A stretch of 64,000 nucleotides of DNA from the human T2T-CHM13v2.0 reference genome, Homo sapiens, in NCBI RefSeq assembly GCF_009914755.1, contig NC_060937.1; one strand, 5' to 3'. This document shows positions 25,300 to 39,358 of this stretch, piece by piece; the stretch's first letter is position 1, and each line of letters opens with the position of its first letter. Both the position numbers and the translations under genes were made by a program. The notes under the pieces are model-generated. The model saw nothing but the letters and a program-made list of their open reading frames with translations. It was not told the origin of the DNA and ran no database searches.

Positions 25300-27223
25300 T
25301 GCTGGACCAGGAAGGGAGGCGCGTGAGAATGAGGGATGGGGTCTGTAGGGATCTGAGCACATGCACGCTATTTCAGTTTCTGCCCTGAGGCCCAGCAGCC
25401 CACAGACTAGTGTCAGAGAGCTCACGGAGGAAGATCAGAGAGCAGCAGAATATTCTCAAGTACACAGAAATAATTTTGCTGGATCCATCTGGAATCAGCA
25501 GAAAGCAAGGCATTATTTAAATTAGTAAGCACATACTGCCTGCTTCTGATAGAAAGAATTCAAGTAAAGCAGGGTTCAGATATAATTATTTCTCAATCTC
25601 CAGGGGTATAATTGTGGCCACTGTGCCAAGACATAAGTGGGAAAAACTACTTCATTTTCTGAGACTTGTCATAAGGTAATACAACAATGGGATCCCCATT
25701 AGGAAAAGAAAACTAACAATTGGTCTAAGTCCACAAAGACTAATAATTAATCAAATCAGAAGAAGAGGAAACAAATTAAAAATAAACTGAAGAGGAAAAA
25801 ATTTAGAAGATTCAAACAAAATACACTTTTTTTGTTTTGATTCAAAGCATATTTTTTAAAAATCAATACCTAATGTGAAGTAATATTTGGTTGTTTATTA
25901 TTAAGTCCCAAATTTGTGACCAGGAAGATCAAGAACAGATGTGTTCAAGCACAGAACCACAGTATAATAAGTTGTAAATTATGAGAGAAGAGATAGGAGA
26001 AATGTAGAATACATAACAAAACATTTTTAAAAAGTCAGTAACACGAGTTTCAAAATAAAAAATAAAAAAAAATAAAAGAGGGGATAAAAATACAAAACCG
26101 AGAAGAAAACTATTTCAACTAAAAACAGTTTTGAACGTGCAGTCAAAAGGTCTTCCTGAGATTCAAGAGAACTCATCTGAAAACATGCACATGAAAAATA
26201 TAGAGAAACAAATCTTCAATTCAAAAGACAGAAAAAAATAAGATTCTAATACAATGTTAAAATATGTCAAATACAATATATGAGACTGCAATTTGGTTTC
26301 TCATTTGAAAACTAGATATGGAAAAATGTGAAAGAGAATTATAAGGCTTCTATAAGACATATACTGCCTCTCACTCCAAAATCCTAGAAAAATATAGATG
26401 ATGGGAAGGGACAAAAGAATTTTTTTTGTTTTGCTATACATCCTGTGTTATATAAAGACAGACTGAATAGGTGACATGGGATGTGGGATAAAGTGTCTTG
26501 GCGGTAGAACTAGTGCAGCTTAATAGGCAAAATAGTGGGTATCTTGTTTGTAAAGGCAGTAAAGAAATCTGTGTCTTCTATGAGTCAGAAAAGAAAAATA
26601 ATCATGAATAAAATCAGAAAGTATAATAGAGCTTTTCAAAGTAACAAACAGAAATAAATGAATAGCTATTTCAATAACAAATGAAAATGATGAAGAGTGG
26701 CAACAATTACTAAAATAGTTAAAAAATGCAACATTAGAACAAATAAATATAATTTTTAAAATTACCCATCATTACATTTGGCATGTATTGGCTCTTGTTA
26801 AAATATAAAGAATGCCAAATTGTTCAAAACTAAAAATGGAAAAATTATGTTTATTTATTTAGCATAATAAACATATAAAACAATGCCATCTAAAAAGTGT
26901 TATAAAACAAATTTATGGAAAATTCAGCCAGAGAATACAAAAAGGCAGTAGTGACAACAATATTAGAACAATATAGAATATGAATTAAAACATAACATCA
27001 AATTCATAGGTATATTATATATGACAATTTCAATTTGCAATAATTTGTTTTATGTGAGAAAATTGGATGTCTACTTTGAACAAACAGGAAAGATGAGATT
27101 CCATTTATGATTGCAAGTTTAATATGAATTTCTAAAATATAAAAAGTTTAGTAGATATAAACAATGTTTTCAAAGTTTAACAGATTAATAATAGTCATAA
27201 CCTCTTAATGATTATGCTTTCTA

Positions 27224-27255
<32 letters not shown>

Positions 27256-27990
27256 TTGATGTTAAAAATGATCTATATACTTAGCCACAAGTATTTGTAA
27301 TCTTGAATGACAGGTAATACATGATTTCCTAGAAAAAATGAGTTACATAAATTGGCCTAAATTAAATGGGAAACTGTAATACCCTAATTTAAACAGAGAT
27401 TAGAAAACTGGTTAGAGATTTACATATAAAAATTTATCAGTATCAGATGGTAAACAGGTAACCTTAAAAGAACTTATAATTCAAATGCCACTTAAATTTA
27501 TTCCAGGACTACAAAAGAGATTAAATTAGCAAAATTTCTTAATACAATTCAACACTACTAAAATTTTATATGCACAATAAAAATCAAACTAAGAACCAAA
27601 TTCTGCTATAAATATTGATGCAAAAATTCTCAATAAAATGTTAGCAAAGTAAAGTGATAAAAGTGTACAGGCTAATCAATATTTTTAATATAAACGCATT
27701 TACAGCATTAAATTTATCAAAAAAATCTATTTTATTAAAGTTTAAGGCAATAAATAATATGCCTCCATCCACAGATGTTGAAAGGCAGTTACTAAACCCA
27801 GCATTCATACCAGATAATACTCCAGTAACATTGTAATATTATACAGGGAAATGGCCTTCAATAAATTATATTTGTGAAAAAATACTAAAATACCCAATTT
27901 GTCATATTCTCAAAATCCTATTATTTAAAGTCAGGAATTAGGCAAGATAACTGTCATCAATTACCAGAGACTTAAAAGTTCTATCTGAAG
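25300..27990 (+). mobile_element. Very old L1ME-type fragments (5' region to ORF2)
   Basis: A-rich plus strand with L1 remnants such as ataaatattgatgcaaaaattctcaataaaatgttagcaaa (27609) and atttaaagtcaggaattaggcaagata. Confidence 0.55.
27226..27252. repeat. (TG)n microsatellite
   Basis: Visible directly. Confidence 0.95.
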
Positions 27991-28234
27991 AAGTAAAGAA
28001 TAAACACATACACACACACACACACGCACACGCACATATGCCCATACACACATAAAACACACATGAAAAATCTCCATGTATGCATTCAAATATGTACATA
28101 TGATTGTACATAAAATGTTTTTTATATTTTATATTCCACTGATGTATTATATATTCAATTTTTATAAAATATGCCAATACTTTTTTGAATTAAATTGTAA
28201 TTTTTTCAGTTTTACTGGTTCATAATTGTTAGAT

Positions 28235-28440
28235 TTAACCATTTCTCAATGTAAACATTACAAAACATCATGTTGTTCATCTTAAATGTATACAATTTTA
28301 CTTGACAATTTCATATCAATTAGAGGTGTAAAATTATGAGCATAATCAAGCTCATTAACATATCCATCACCTGACATAGTTACCTGTTTTCAATAGTGAG
28401 AACACTAGGATTCACACTTTTAGTAAATTCTTTTATGTAC
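28235..28440. mobile_element. Two short L1 3'-end fragments in opposite orientation
   Basis: aaaacatcatgttgttcatcttaaatgtatacaatttt (+) then aatcaagctcattaacatatccatcacctgacatagttacc (-). Confidence 0.65.
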
Positions 28441-28869
28441 ATTTAATTACATGTGTTTGAAAGCACACCTTTGAGTTTTTCCACAAATTCATTTTTAAAT
28501 AACATTGTTATGAAACATATGCACTTATATGTTTCATTATAACTATGTGAATGGTTGCCTGGGTAAAAGTGATATGGACAATTGTTATGCTTAAGAAATC
28601 TGGGCATTGGGAGGCAAGAACAATGAAAACAACCAAAAAGGACTACTCAAAACATTGTAGCACATACTATATGATCCCCTTAAACATTTATGTAGCGTGT
28701 ATATATGTCTTTATATGTGTATGAAAAACTACTAAAATATTTCTGAATTTTAAAGTTTTTTTAAAGGATTATTTGGTTTCCATGTTGGTGCATAAGTAGC
28801 ATTTTTCCAGGTAGAAAAGGATTTGGAAGATATTGCAGGATGAAGAAATCCAAATTGAAAGATAGGTGA

Positions 28870-29667
28870 GTCAGTTTATTCAACAGTACTTTCAGTGTAA
28901 CTTTGTGAATGATGTACTGCTCAGGTACAGGAATTACAATGATGCTTTCACAGAGCTCTTGTTTAGGAAAGAATTCAAGCAAGAAAAAAAATGCAATCAC
29001 AATAAAGTAAAATAAGTGCTAGCACACAATAATAGTGGTAGCACAAGCTATAGAGCTCTCTAACCAACTGCACTATTTACTCATTAAAGAGGAGGAAATA
29101 TTAAGCAAATTGGGTCAAATTCTTAGTACAAAATTAGTAGATACATTTTCAAAACTGGAGGTGACTATGTTATGACCCAGTGGTAGACTGAGAGCAGGGA
29201 TGCCTATAGGGGTGTCCTTCACCATTTGTTCTCAGAATTTCTTCAACAATTCGTTGAGTGTTTATTCTACCAGACAATATGCTGAGTATTTCTGGTAAAA
29301 TGGAAAACATTTTGCTCTTGTTTTATTGCTCCTTTTAACAATATAGTGCTCTCAAAAAGAGATGTATCAGAAACACATAAAAATACATAAGCGGTGAAAA
29401 GATAACATAAAAGTAAATATAATGATAGGAATAATGGTGATGGCCATCAGGTGATGATAGGAGAATTCTCTACTGTGGGGTTATTTAAACTGAGGCATGA
29501 AGGATGCCAGGTAGCTAAGGTAGTAGAAATTACTGGAAAAAGTATTTTAGAAAGAGAAAACACATGCTCTGTGGTCAGAAAGACATTCTTTGCTTAATAA
29601 AGTGAGAGAGATCAGGGTATATGGAGTATGGTAATTGAAAGAAAGAGGGAAAGATGAGGTGGGAGAT
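28870..29667 (-). mobile_element. L2 fragments, host of the nest; resumes at ~31718-31840
   Basis: ttcaacaattcgttgagtgtttattctaccagaca; atttaaactgaggcatgaaggatg; gatgaggtgggaga|gacaggcagg..cagatcctgcagggc is continuous across the MLT2. Confidence 0.7.
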
Positions 29668-29718
29668 TCTGTTAGTCAGGGTGTGTCTAGAGAAACAGAA
29701 AGTAGCAAAAGGATAAAA

Positions 29719-29720
<2 letters not shown>

Positions 29721-29754
<34 letters not shown>
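29721..29754. repeat. (AC)17 microsatellite
   Basis: Visible directly. Confidence 0.95.
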
Positions 29755-29759
<5 letters not shown>

Positions 29760-29761
29760 TG

Positions 29762-31256
29762 TGTGGGGTCCTCAAAAAGTTCATGGAAAATGCATATTAG
29801 GAAAAGCAATGCATGAAATTTAACATTTTTTGGACCAAAATAAAGCCATCATAATTTGTTATAACATATCTGAATAAGATCTAGGTTAAAGCACTAAGAA
29901 GGATAAGAAAACAGTTTGAAAAGAGTCTCTATCAGAGCCTTTTGAAAACATTGATCTTGTTCATACCATAATTGAAGAGGGCCCGTGATTAACAGCAGAA
30001 ACAAGAGCCAACACTATAGACATCTCAACTGGTTCCACTTACACAATTCTGACTAAAATTAAAGTTGATCAAACTTTCCATTCAATGGATGCCAAAACTG
30101 TTGCACTCGATCAGCTGCAGACAAGGGTCAAGATTTCAATGGAAATGTTCAAGCAAGCAGGATCAAGATTCTGAAGCATTTCTCCAAAGCACTGTAACAG
30201 GAGTTGAAACATGGCTTTCCCTGTATAATCCTGAAGACAAAGCAGAAATGAAACAATGCTCTGTGGTAGGAAGCGGTTCAATGGGTAGATGAAAGTGACC
30301 CAGTCCAGGCAAAAGCTGACTGGTCAAAAAGCAAAGGTCATGGCAACAGTTTTCCTTGTTTGTTTGTTTAAGATACTGAAACCTCTTGCTTGTTGACTTT
30401 CTGGAGGCCCAAGACAAAATAACATCTGCTTATTATGATAGTGCTTTGGGAAAGTTAGCCAAAGCTTTGGCAAAAAAATGCCCAGGAAATCTTGACCAGA
30501 GTCCTTCTCTGCCATGACAATGCTCCTGCCCACTCCTCTTATCGAATAGGGGCAATTTTGTGAGAATTTCAATGGAAAATCATTAGGCATGGTATTATCC
30601 ATTTTCATGCTACTGAGAAAAGACATACCTGCAACTGGGTAATTTATAAAGAGAAAAAGGTTTAATGGACTCACAGTTCCACATGCCTGGGGAGGACTCA
30701 CAATCATGATGGAAGGCAAGGAGGAGCAAAGTCATATCTTACATGGATGGTGGCAGGCAAAGAGAGAATGAGAGCCACGTGAAAAGGGAAACCCCTTATA
30801 AAACCATCAGATCTCTGAGACTTATTCGCTATCACGAGAAAAGAATGGGGATAAAGCACCCCCATGATTCGATTATCTTCCACTCTCTTCCTCCCACAAC
30901 ACTTGGGAATTATGGGAGCTACAATTCAAGATGAGATTTGGATGGGGACACAGCAAAACCATATCAGGCACCTATCTTATAGTCATAATTTGTCTTCTTC
31001 TGACTTCTTTTTGTCTCTTAATCTTAAATTATCTTTAAAGTAACTCGTTATTTTTTAGTTAGTTATGTAAAAAAGACTGCATCGACATGGTTAAATTCTA
31101 GGATTCTTAGTACTTTATGAATGGACCAAATGGCTGGCATCATTACTAACAAAAGTGTGCTGAACTTGATGGAGCTTATGTTAATAAATAAAGTTGATAT
31201 TTTTTCACTTTTTGTCTTTTAATTCCATTTTTCCGTAAACATTTTGAAGTCCTCAT
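29762..31256 (+). mobile_element. HSMAR2 mariner, both TIRs, dead transposase
   Basis: TIRs ggggtcctcaaaaagttcatggaaaatg / catttttccgtaaacattttgaagtcc; transposase remnants QWMPKLL, VTGVETWL..YNPEDK, HDNAPAH. Confidence 0.93.
30591..30966 (-). mobile_element. THE1 (THE1C-like) solo LTR inside HSMAR2
   Basis: ggtttaatggactcacagttccacatg...ggggacacagcaaaaccatatca; TSD ggcat/ggcac. Confidence 0.94.
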
Positions 31257-32534
31257 GTGTGTGTTGGCGAGGGGTTGGGGGATGCGGGGTGGTGGGTGTA
31301 TTATCAGGGATCTGCTCACTTAACTATGGAGGCTGAGAAGTCCCACAATTCATCTGCAAGATGGAGACTGAAAGCCACTGATGAAATTCATTCCTGGTCT
31401 GGAGGTCTGAAAAGAAAGAGAACCATTGGTGTAAATCCCAGTTTTAGAGGAGGAGATAAAATATTCCAGCTCAAGCAGTGAGGCATGAAAAACAAACATG
31501 GGAATGTTATTACTCCCTTCTCCATCTTTTGTTTCTGCAGGCCCTCAAATGGTTGGATGATGCCTACCCATATTGTAGGGTGAGATCTGCTTTACTGATT
31601 CCACACATTCAAATGCTAATATCATCCAGAAACACCTTCACAGATATACTCAGAAATAATGTTTAATCTGGGCATCCTGTGGCCTAGTCAAGTTGGCACA
31701 TAAAACTAAACATCAGAGAGAGAGACAGGCAGGATATCAGATCCTGCAGGGCATAACAGACCTTTTTAACAAAAGGGCTCCAGGAGTCAAGTTTCTCATC
31801 AAACACAATAGGCAGTGATTACATGGTATTAGATTTATTTTAAATGAGTGGCATCTGTTGGGTTTTTGACCACGTTAGGCACTTCAATTATACAATCTCA
31901 GCATTTAAGTGCATAGAACTAGTCAAGCTAAAATTAAAATATTGATTTTTTGAGATATCTGATTCATCTAGTAGGAAATTTGATATTATAGGACCCACAT
32001 CACAAATATAACTTTTGGAATGCAAATTTAAACACAAATTTGTATCATAATCAATTTGATAAATATTTTCCCACCATTGTTTTTCAGCAACTTGGATACA
32101 GATAGGAATAAGGTAGAGGTGAGATAAGATTCATCCAAATGCTTGATGCAGAAAATATTTGAGCAAGTTTTCTACAATTGGCAAGAGATTGGATGAAGAA
32201 ATAGGCCACATAAACATATAATACAAACTAAATTGAGAAATAAGTGAGACAGGAAAGAATGGAAATTCCTGTGAGGCCATCTACAAATGTGGTGAATATA
32301 GGTAAGGGAAGTCATAAAGTATGTGATTCAAATATGGGATATTCAGTTTACAGTCTGATATGCAGCAAGTCTAAATGATGACAAAATCTATGATAGGCCA
32401 TAGGAATGCATTGATAAAGTAAATTGAAGATGGATATTCACCAAGACGAAGATGTCAAGAATATTAACATTGCAGTGTCTCCAACAATGAATGTAGGATT
32501 TGGAATAGGAAGAAAGACAATTATCCTAGTGATA

Positions 32535-32765
32535 GGCATCATAAAATAATAGTCAAAAACACAGACAGCCTGAATTTGGATCTTGATTTCAGCGCATACT
32601 AAGTGGGTGACCTTAGAAAAGTTAACTTCTTTGTGCCTTAATTATTTCGTCTGTTAAATGGGCAGAATAATAGTACATATTGTATGTAGTTGCTTTGACA
32701 ATGACAGAATAATGTAAAGGACAAGAATGTCCAGCCTGTAAGAAACCCTATAAAGTGTTAAATAC
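32535..32765 (+). mobile_element. MIR
   Basis: gtgaccttagaaaagttaacttctttgtgccttaattatttcgtctgttaaatggg core. Confidence 0.75.
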
Positions 32766-34264
32766 ATAAAAAAGCTTATGAAGGGTTTCCAGAAGAGCAG
32801 CTAGTTTAGTCTGACTGCAGCAGAGTGAGCAGGTGTGCAGTATTGAATGTATAAGAAAATACAGTGAGACTAGGGCTGGAAAAAGCATGTTGATTTCTAT
32901 TAAACATGGGAGAGAGCTAGAGAGAGAGCATGAAGCAGAGGTAAAAGAAAATACAGTGTTATCAAGCCAAGGGAGAAGAGATTTTCAAGGACGTGAGTTT
33001 TGCTCTTCACTTGCACTATGATAGAAGCAGAAGCTCTGAAACTTATTTGTCCCTTTTGCTGTTAAAAGCTGCTCTAAGATTTGATGCCAAGCAATAGTTT
33101 TCAAGGTACTGCCTCAATAAATTGTTTACTCCATTAGCTGAATTGTTAAATTTAAAACAAAGCTGCATTTTAGAATATGCTATTATGCAAGTAATTTAAG
33201 TGTATGCGTGTGTGTGTCTGTGTGTGTGTGTGCACACGTATTAGTTAAATTGGCTTCTCCGTTGATCCTTAACAGACAATACTGGACTTTATTTTGTTAC
33301 CTAGGTGATAAATGAAACTGAAGTAACATCCAGACAGAGCACTAGTAGTCTTAATGATATGGTTACTTTATTAAAAAATACAATAGAAAGGCAATTTTTT
33401 GACAATAAACTTGGATGAAAGTGGAGGCATGAAAATGTTAAAAATACTCTTACAGCTATATCTTATGGTATGATGTGTTGCCTAGGGAGCTTTGCATTAG
33501 CAAGTCACAACAGAAAACAATGCAGAAGTGGAGTATATGTTTTGAAATTCTAAAAAAATTAATAAATTTGCAGTACTTATCTGATTCACAGGAACCATTC
33601 CTATTTAATAGGAGAGGCAGATTACTTGGCTAAAAACCCTGTACAGTAATTGGACTATTATTTTACACAGAAGACTATTTTAAGATGAACAGGACATTTA
33701 ACTTTTCCTAATTCTCCCAAACATGTTGATTAAGATGGAGATGGATATTTACAAATGTTTATAATATGGTAGAAATATTCTTCCTGATAAATATTAATCT
33801 TTCTTCATTTTTTAAAACTTCTATTTTGTATTTTTACATCATTGATTGAGGGAACCACATAGTGTGAGAATCTCTGGATATTGCTGACACATGCACAAGT
33901 ATTCATCATTTCTCCCCACTGCCCAGGTTCAACAGAGAATGAATACTGGTTTAGTTGAATCAATTAAATATCTGGTTATTAAGTATTTATGGATGGAAGG
34001 CACATAGGTGGAAGTTGAATTCTCCCTTTTTCTTCCAAATTAATTCAGGTATATCCCTCATATTTTACAATGAATACCTCCTTTCCTTTAGGCGATAAGC
34101 TTTGTTTTCTCCTGCCCTATTTAAAACACAACTTAAACAGTTTTTGACATTCCATTATGGGGATAGACCAGGAAGGACTTGTGTCTGAAATATGTAAGAC
34201 TATGTAATAGAAATCTAGGGTGGAATTTTAAAATATATTGTATTGCAGTTTTCAGAAACAAGAT

Positions 34265-34625
34265 TGGTATGTACTGACATATATTACAACACAGATGAAC
34301 TCTGAAAACAAGTGAAAAATGACAGTCAAAATATACCAGATATTGTATGATTTCATGTATATGAAATGTCCATAATAGACAAATTCACAGATCCATGGTT
34401 GCCAGTGGCCAGGTTGAAAGGAAATTTAAAGTGACTGCTAATAGATATACTCTTTCTTTTGGGGTGATATACTGTTTCTTTTGGGGTGATAAAAAATATT
34501 CTAAAATTAGATAGTGGTGATGTTCCCACAGCTCTGTGAATATATATTTTTAAAAACCTAATTTATATACTTTAAAAGAGTGAATATTATAGAATGTGAG
34601 TTATATCGTTAAGGTATTATTTAAA
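34265..34625 (+). mobile_element. L1MB7/8-type 3'UTR
   Basis: tattgtatgatttcatgtatatgaaatgtcc...tttcttttggggtgataaaaaatattctaaaattagatagtggtgatg. Confidence 0.85.
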
Positions 34626-34669
34626 AATTTTAAACTATTAACTGCTATTAATCTTATTGTCATTTAACT

Positions 34670-34845
34670 ATTTTAGTAACAAATTATAATTGTACATATT
34701 TATGGGGTACATGCTATGTTTTAATACATGCATACAATGTGTAATGATCAAATTAGGGCAATTAGGATATTGATCACTTCATACATTCATGATTTCTTTG
34801 GTTGAGAACATTTTAAACCTTTTGTTATAGCTATTTTGAAGTAGA
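34670..34845 (-). mobile_element. L1MA 3' end
   Basis: attgtacatatttatggggtacat...tacaatgtgtaatgatcaaattaggg. Confidence 0.85.
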
Positions 34846-34944
34846 ACATGGGGTTTTATGTATATTATGTAAATATGACACATATATTTACAATGTATCC
34901 AAACTGTCTTTTAAAATTGTTTATCTTTAAATATATTTTTCTAA

Positions 34945-35421
34945 TGTTAAAGATAAATAACACTGGATGGGTTAGAGGGGCTGGGGAGACTTTTTTCAAG
35001 ATTATTGAAATAAGAGATTGAACCCAACCAATGAGAGGCTGGGAAGTTTTAACTAGTGGGGTAAGCTAGTAGAAAGTCCTGAGGGATGTTAGTGGGGAAG
35101 ATTAATATGCCATCTGTGATTGCTAATTCTGCTCAGTGAAGTTAGGCCCCTACCCTTCCACAGAGACTGAGAGATAGGGGCCCTATCTTTCTTGATGATT
35201 ACCTATTAATGGGATGGTTCCTTGAGAAATACTTCTGAGTTGTAAAACTGGCGAGAGACTGGGAGAAGATTTACATTTCAAAGGGGCAGAGAAAGAATTT
35301 ACAATTCCAAGTTTTCTAAAATGAATACTCGAAGAAAAGAGAGGTTAGGAGCCTATACTCAGGAAGAAAGCTGTCTAAAGTTTAGTCAAGCTGAAGAGAA
35401 TGTTTAAGGTCATCGTGTTCA
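34945..35421 (-). mobile_element. ERV1 solo LTR, MER67-like
   Basis: TG...CA; gataggggccctatctttcttgatgattac, aaaggggcagagaaagaatttacaatt, gtctaaagtttagtcaagctga. Confidence 0.8.
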
Positions 35422-35610
35422 GGAAATATTTAAATCCAAATGTTTATTGGGCTATTGATGATTTGCAAATAAGATCAAGAATCATAAACAAACAGGAACA
35501 ATTCCATTGTCTTAGTGTCTGGCTGTGAGCAATTTTTCTCCGAGCTGTTTTTAATACTGACCAAGAAATGAAACACTGCAAATAAAAATTAAGTAATAAA
35601 ATGAACTTCA

Positions 35611-36144
35611 CAATAAAGCACTATTCAGAATAAAAAAGAATGAGATCCAGTCATTTGCAACAACATGTATGGAACTGGAGATCATTATATTAAGTGAAAT
35701 AAGCCAAAAGACACCAAAAAGACAAACATCACATGTTCTCACTTATTTGTGGGATTTAAAAATTAAAACAATTGAACTCATGAATGTTGACAGTAGAAGA
35801 ATTGTTACCAGAGGCTGGGAAGGGTAGGATGGAGATGGAGGAGAGTTGAGGGGGAGATGGAGGAGAGTTGAGGATGTTTAATGGGTACAAAAATAACAGA
35901 AAGAATGAATGAGACCTAATATTTGATAGCATAATAAGGTGACTATAGTCAATAATAACTTAATTATATATTATAACTTAGAGTGTAATTTGATTGTTTG
36001 TAACTCAAAGAATAAATGCTTAAGGGCATGGATACTCCATTCTCCATGATGCGCTAATTTTACATTGCATGTCTGTATCAAAATATCTCATATACTCTAT
36101 AAATACATACATCTACTATGTACCCACAAACATTAAAAAGAAAA
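35611..36144 (+). mobile_element. 5'-truncated L1MA2-type insertion
   Basis: L1MA 3'UTR, A tail, perfect 13-bp TSD aaaatgaacttca (35598-35610, 36145-36157). Confidence 0.92.
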
Positions 36145-36803
36145 AAAATGAACTTCAAATTTGGGAAGATACTGACATGGAAATTTGGAAAAAATGCAGA
36201 TGAATTAAGAAAATAAGACAAGATTAAAAAGCTGTGACTACACAATAACCAGTAACTGTTTAAGATATTTTATAAATAAAGGGGAGGAAAAAATAAAGAA
36301 GGAGTAGATTGGATGTGACTAGTTTATATAAGCTTTAAAAGGATCAAATAGTTAAGTGACATGATAGTAAATAATGAATAAATAATATTGGAAAAATTTG
36401 TGAGATTTCATTTATTTAATCCAACAACATATATAACTAAGTAAAGCTACAAAATATGCAAAGTGAAAGATTTTCAAAGATTACATGAGAGTTTAAAAAG
36501 TAATATTCAAATGCATAGATGGATGGAAAAATAGAAATATGGATGCATGTGTATAGATAGTTAAATATTTGTAAATCACTGTTTCTTTTCCATGCACACA
36601 TGAGTAAATGCTTTAATTCTTTACCAGCAAATTTTCCCCTGCTTTTACTTTAATCCAAACAATATATGCATATATCTTCATAGAAAAAATATGCACATAT
36701 TATTTAATGATAGGCCCAGATTTTTATAATACTATACTTAAAACACTGGAGAAAACAAGTGTTCAGTCAATTCTAAATATGCTTAAAAATAGTACAACAA
36801 TTA

Positions 36804-37095
<292 letters not shown>

Positions 37096-37397
37096 CTAGA
37101 TATCTAAGTTCTTACAAGTATTAATTTGTTATCTGCCCATACAATGATAGTAACAATACCAGTAGCCATAGTAGTGGTAGTAATACCATTTCTATTACAG
37201 GTATCCTAGCATTAATATCAGGTAGATAGAAACAGGATCTTAAAAAAGAAAGTCCTGGGGAGATCATTATACTATCTGTCAACCTAATAAAAACAAATTA
37301 AATTGTAAAATTACCTAATCTGGTGAAAATTAGGTTGACATATTTGCATTAGGAAGTGGTAAAGCTTGATAAAGGGTGAAACGTTGGATACAATTTT

Positions 37398-37865
37398 ACT
37401 GTGTAATGCAGAATTTAGCAGACTGATCAGCACTCACCCAGTTTGTCCCAAATTCTCACACTCTTTATCAAACTCATCACACTCCCAACAGCCTTCACCT
37501 GTATCTCTTTTTAAGAAAGTTCCCACAGGCTTCCAGAAGCTGTTTTGCTGGTGCTTGAAGAGTCATAAGTACCTGGGAATTCACATTTCTCCAGCAGAAA
37601 GCAGGTAGAATAATCCAACGCCCTTCCCTTTATTAAAGTTTACTGGGGATGTGACTCACACTTACCCTAGAACACTTCTACATAATTTAGCCCAAATTAT
37701 ACATTGTTGGACTTTGCCTGGTCTGATACCACATTCTTGTTTAATCTTCTTTCCTACCTTGTCTGACTCCTCATTCCTTTACCAGCTTTCCCAGGGAAAA
37801 CTTAAAAAAATCACACTCTATGAATTATCATCTCATGTTCTTGTGAGAATTGCTGTCTATGATAA
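37398..37865 (+). mobile_element. LTR16-like ERVL LTR
   Basis: ttcctaccttgtctgactcctcattccttaccagctttcccagggaaaacttaaaaaaatcac resembles the LTR16 3' end. Confidence 0.55.
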
Positions 37866-38774
37866 TAGGCAATGCTACTATAAAATATCTTGGGCAAATT
37901 TCCTGAGAGTGATGTGATATTATAGTGACAATAGGTTTTAAAGGTGGAAAAATAATATTTTAAAAAAATATAAATATTCTGAAATAACATTAAGGAAATT
38001 AAAATGGACTCAGTATGATGATTATTTCATTTTCAAAGACATAGTTTAAATAATAGCAGGTAGATGGCGTAAATACAGATGATGCACTTGTTTAAGCTCT
38101 ACCAAAATTGGTTTAGACTCCCTGTTCTGAGTGAATTTATAATTAGATATTTTGATTGAAATCACTACACATCAAGCAATTGAGTTCAATAATAGGGTCA
38201 AATATTTTAAGTCTCATTTTATTTTCTATATATAGCCTTGCCAGATTCTGCCTTCACTGCCTGAAGGTAGAGGTGTCTCCTCTGACAAATAACATTAGGT
38301 ACCTAAAATAGGCAAGTCAGTCTTCTGAGGGATAGGAAAATGGAGGTTTTGTTTTCATCAGCAGCAGATAAACTACTAGAAGCAAAATAGGCCAACCATT
38401 GTTGCAAGGCAGGGAACATTCTGACTTGGATTTTTATAAATATGTAACTTAACATTATGCTTACGTGAACATACATGAATAAGAACTTTTGGCAAAGAAA
38501 CAGTACAAATCATTATTATAAAACAAAGACCTCTAAGAAAGGCAATGACATTTCTCACAGCAGTATTTAAATTTGTTGTACTTTCTCCAGAAAAAAAAAA
38601 TTGTTGTTTCCATGTGTTTTCTATAATAAGGCTAGACATTACTTACAAGAAACATTATTATTGCATAGTAGTTCAGAGCTTGGACTGTGTGGTAAGACAT
38701 TATAGGTAAATGTATAGATATAGATATGTATATAGTTATAGATATAATATAGAGATCATGATGGTGATCATGAT

Positions 38775-39358
38775 TGTAAGAATTAAAGAAAGAGGAAAGA
38801 AACACAAAAGGTGGCTGGACAGTCAAGGATAGGTTTATTTTAGAGAAAACAAACCTAAGATGGGCTTCTGACCGAGTTAGGTTAGAGCCCACTCTTTTAC
38901 AGGTTAAGAGTTTTTAAGGATTCGAGGTGGGAGAGTTTATCAGAGGCTTGGACTGCTTCTGTGTCTCTTTGTTGTGCTTATCTGGGAGGGAGAGTTTTGT
39001 GTCTGTTTCCATAAATCTTTCTGCAGCTGCAGGCATACTCCCTGAGTCTGCTTTTAGCTTCACTATCTTAGTGCACCTGAAGGGAAAGGAATGTGCTTAT
39101 AAAGGCCCACTGTTTTACTGGGGCCCATTGTATGAGGGTGAAGTTTGGCAGTTACCCAAGAGACTTCCTCCCCCGACACCCCCCACCCCTGCCACCTCCT
39201 CTGTGCCCAAGCTGTCTCATCTGTGTTTTACTGTCTGCTCTTTCTGGCTGCTTGTAGTTAGAAGAGAATTGATTTCCTTGAAATCCATGAGGCTAGGAAG
39301 GGAGCTGGAACTTAAAGTGGCAGTGTTTATTTGAGATGATGGTACTCCTGCTCTGTCA
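38775..39358 (-). mobile_element. LTR19B-like ERV1 solo LTR (584 bp)
   Basis: Minus strand begins tgacagagcaggagtaccatcatc; intact TG...CA; perfect 5-bp TSD atgat. Confidence 0.9.

Larger units (their letters stand above)
29668..31717 (-). mobile_element. MLT2B-type ERVL solo LTR interrupted by HSMAR2
   Basis: ttagtcagggtgtgtctagagaaacaga (left); ggaggctgagaagtcccac...tccagaaacaccttcacaga...gtcaagttggcacataaaa (right). Confidence 0.88.

Noticed and set aside
29762-31256. Functional mariner transposase
   Set aside because: Start region deleted, frameshifted and interrupted by THE1
38927-39334. 135-aa ORF
   Set aside because: Lies wholly antisense within the LTR19B-like solo LTR, has a GTG start and no recognisable domain
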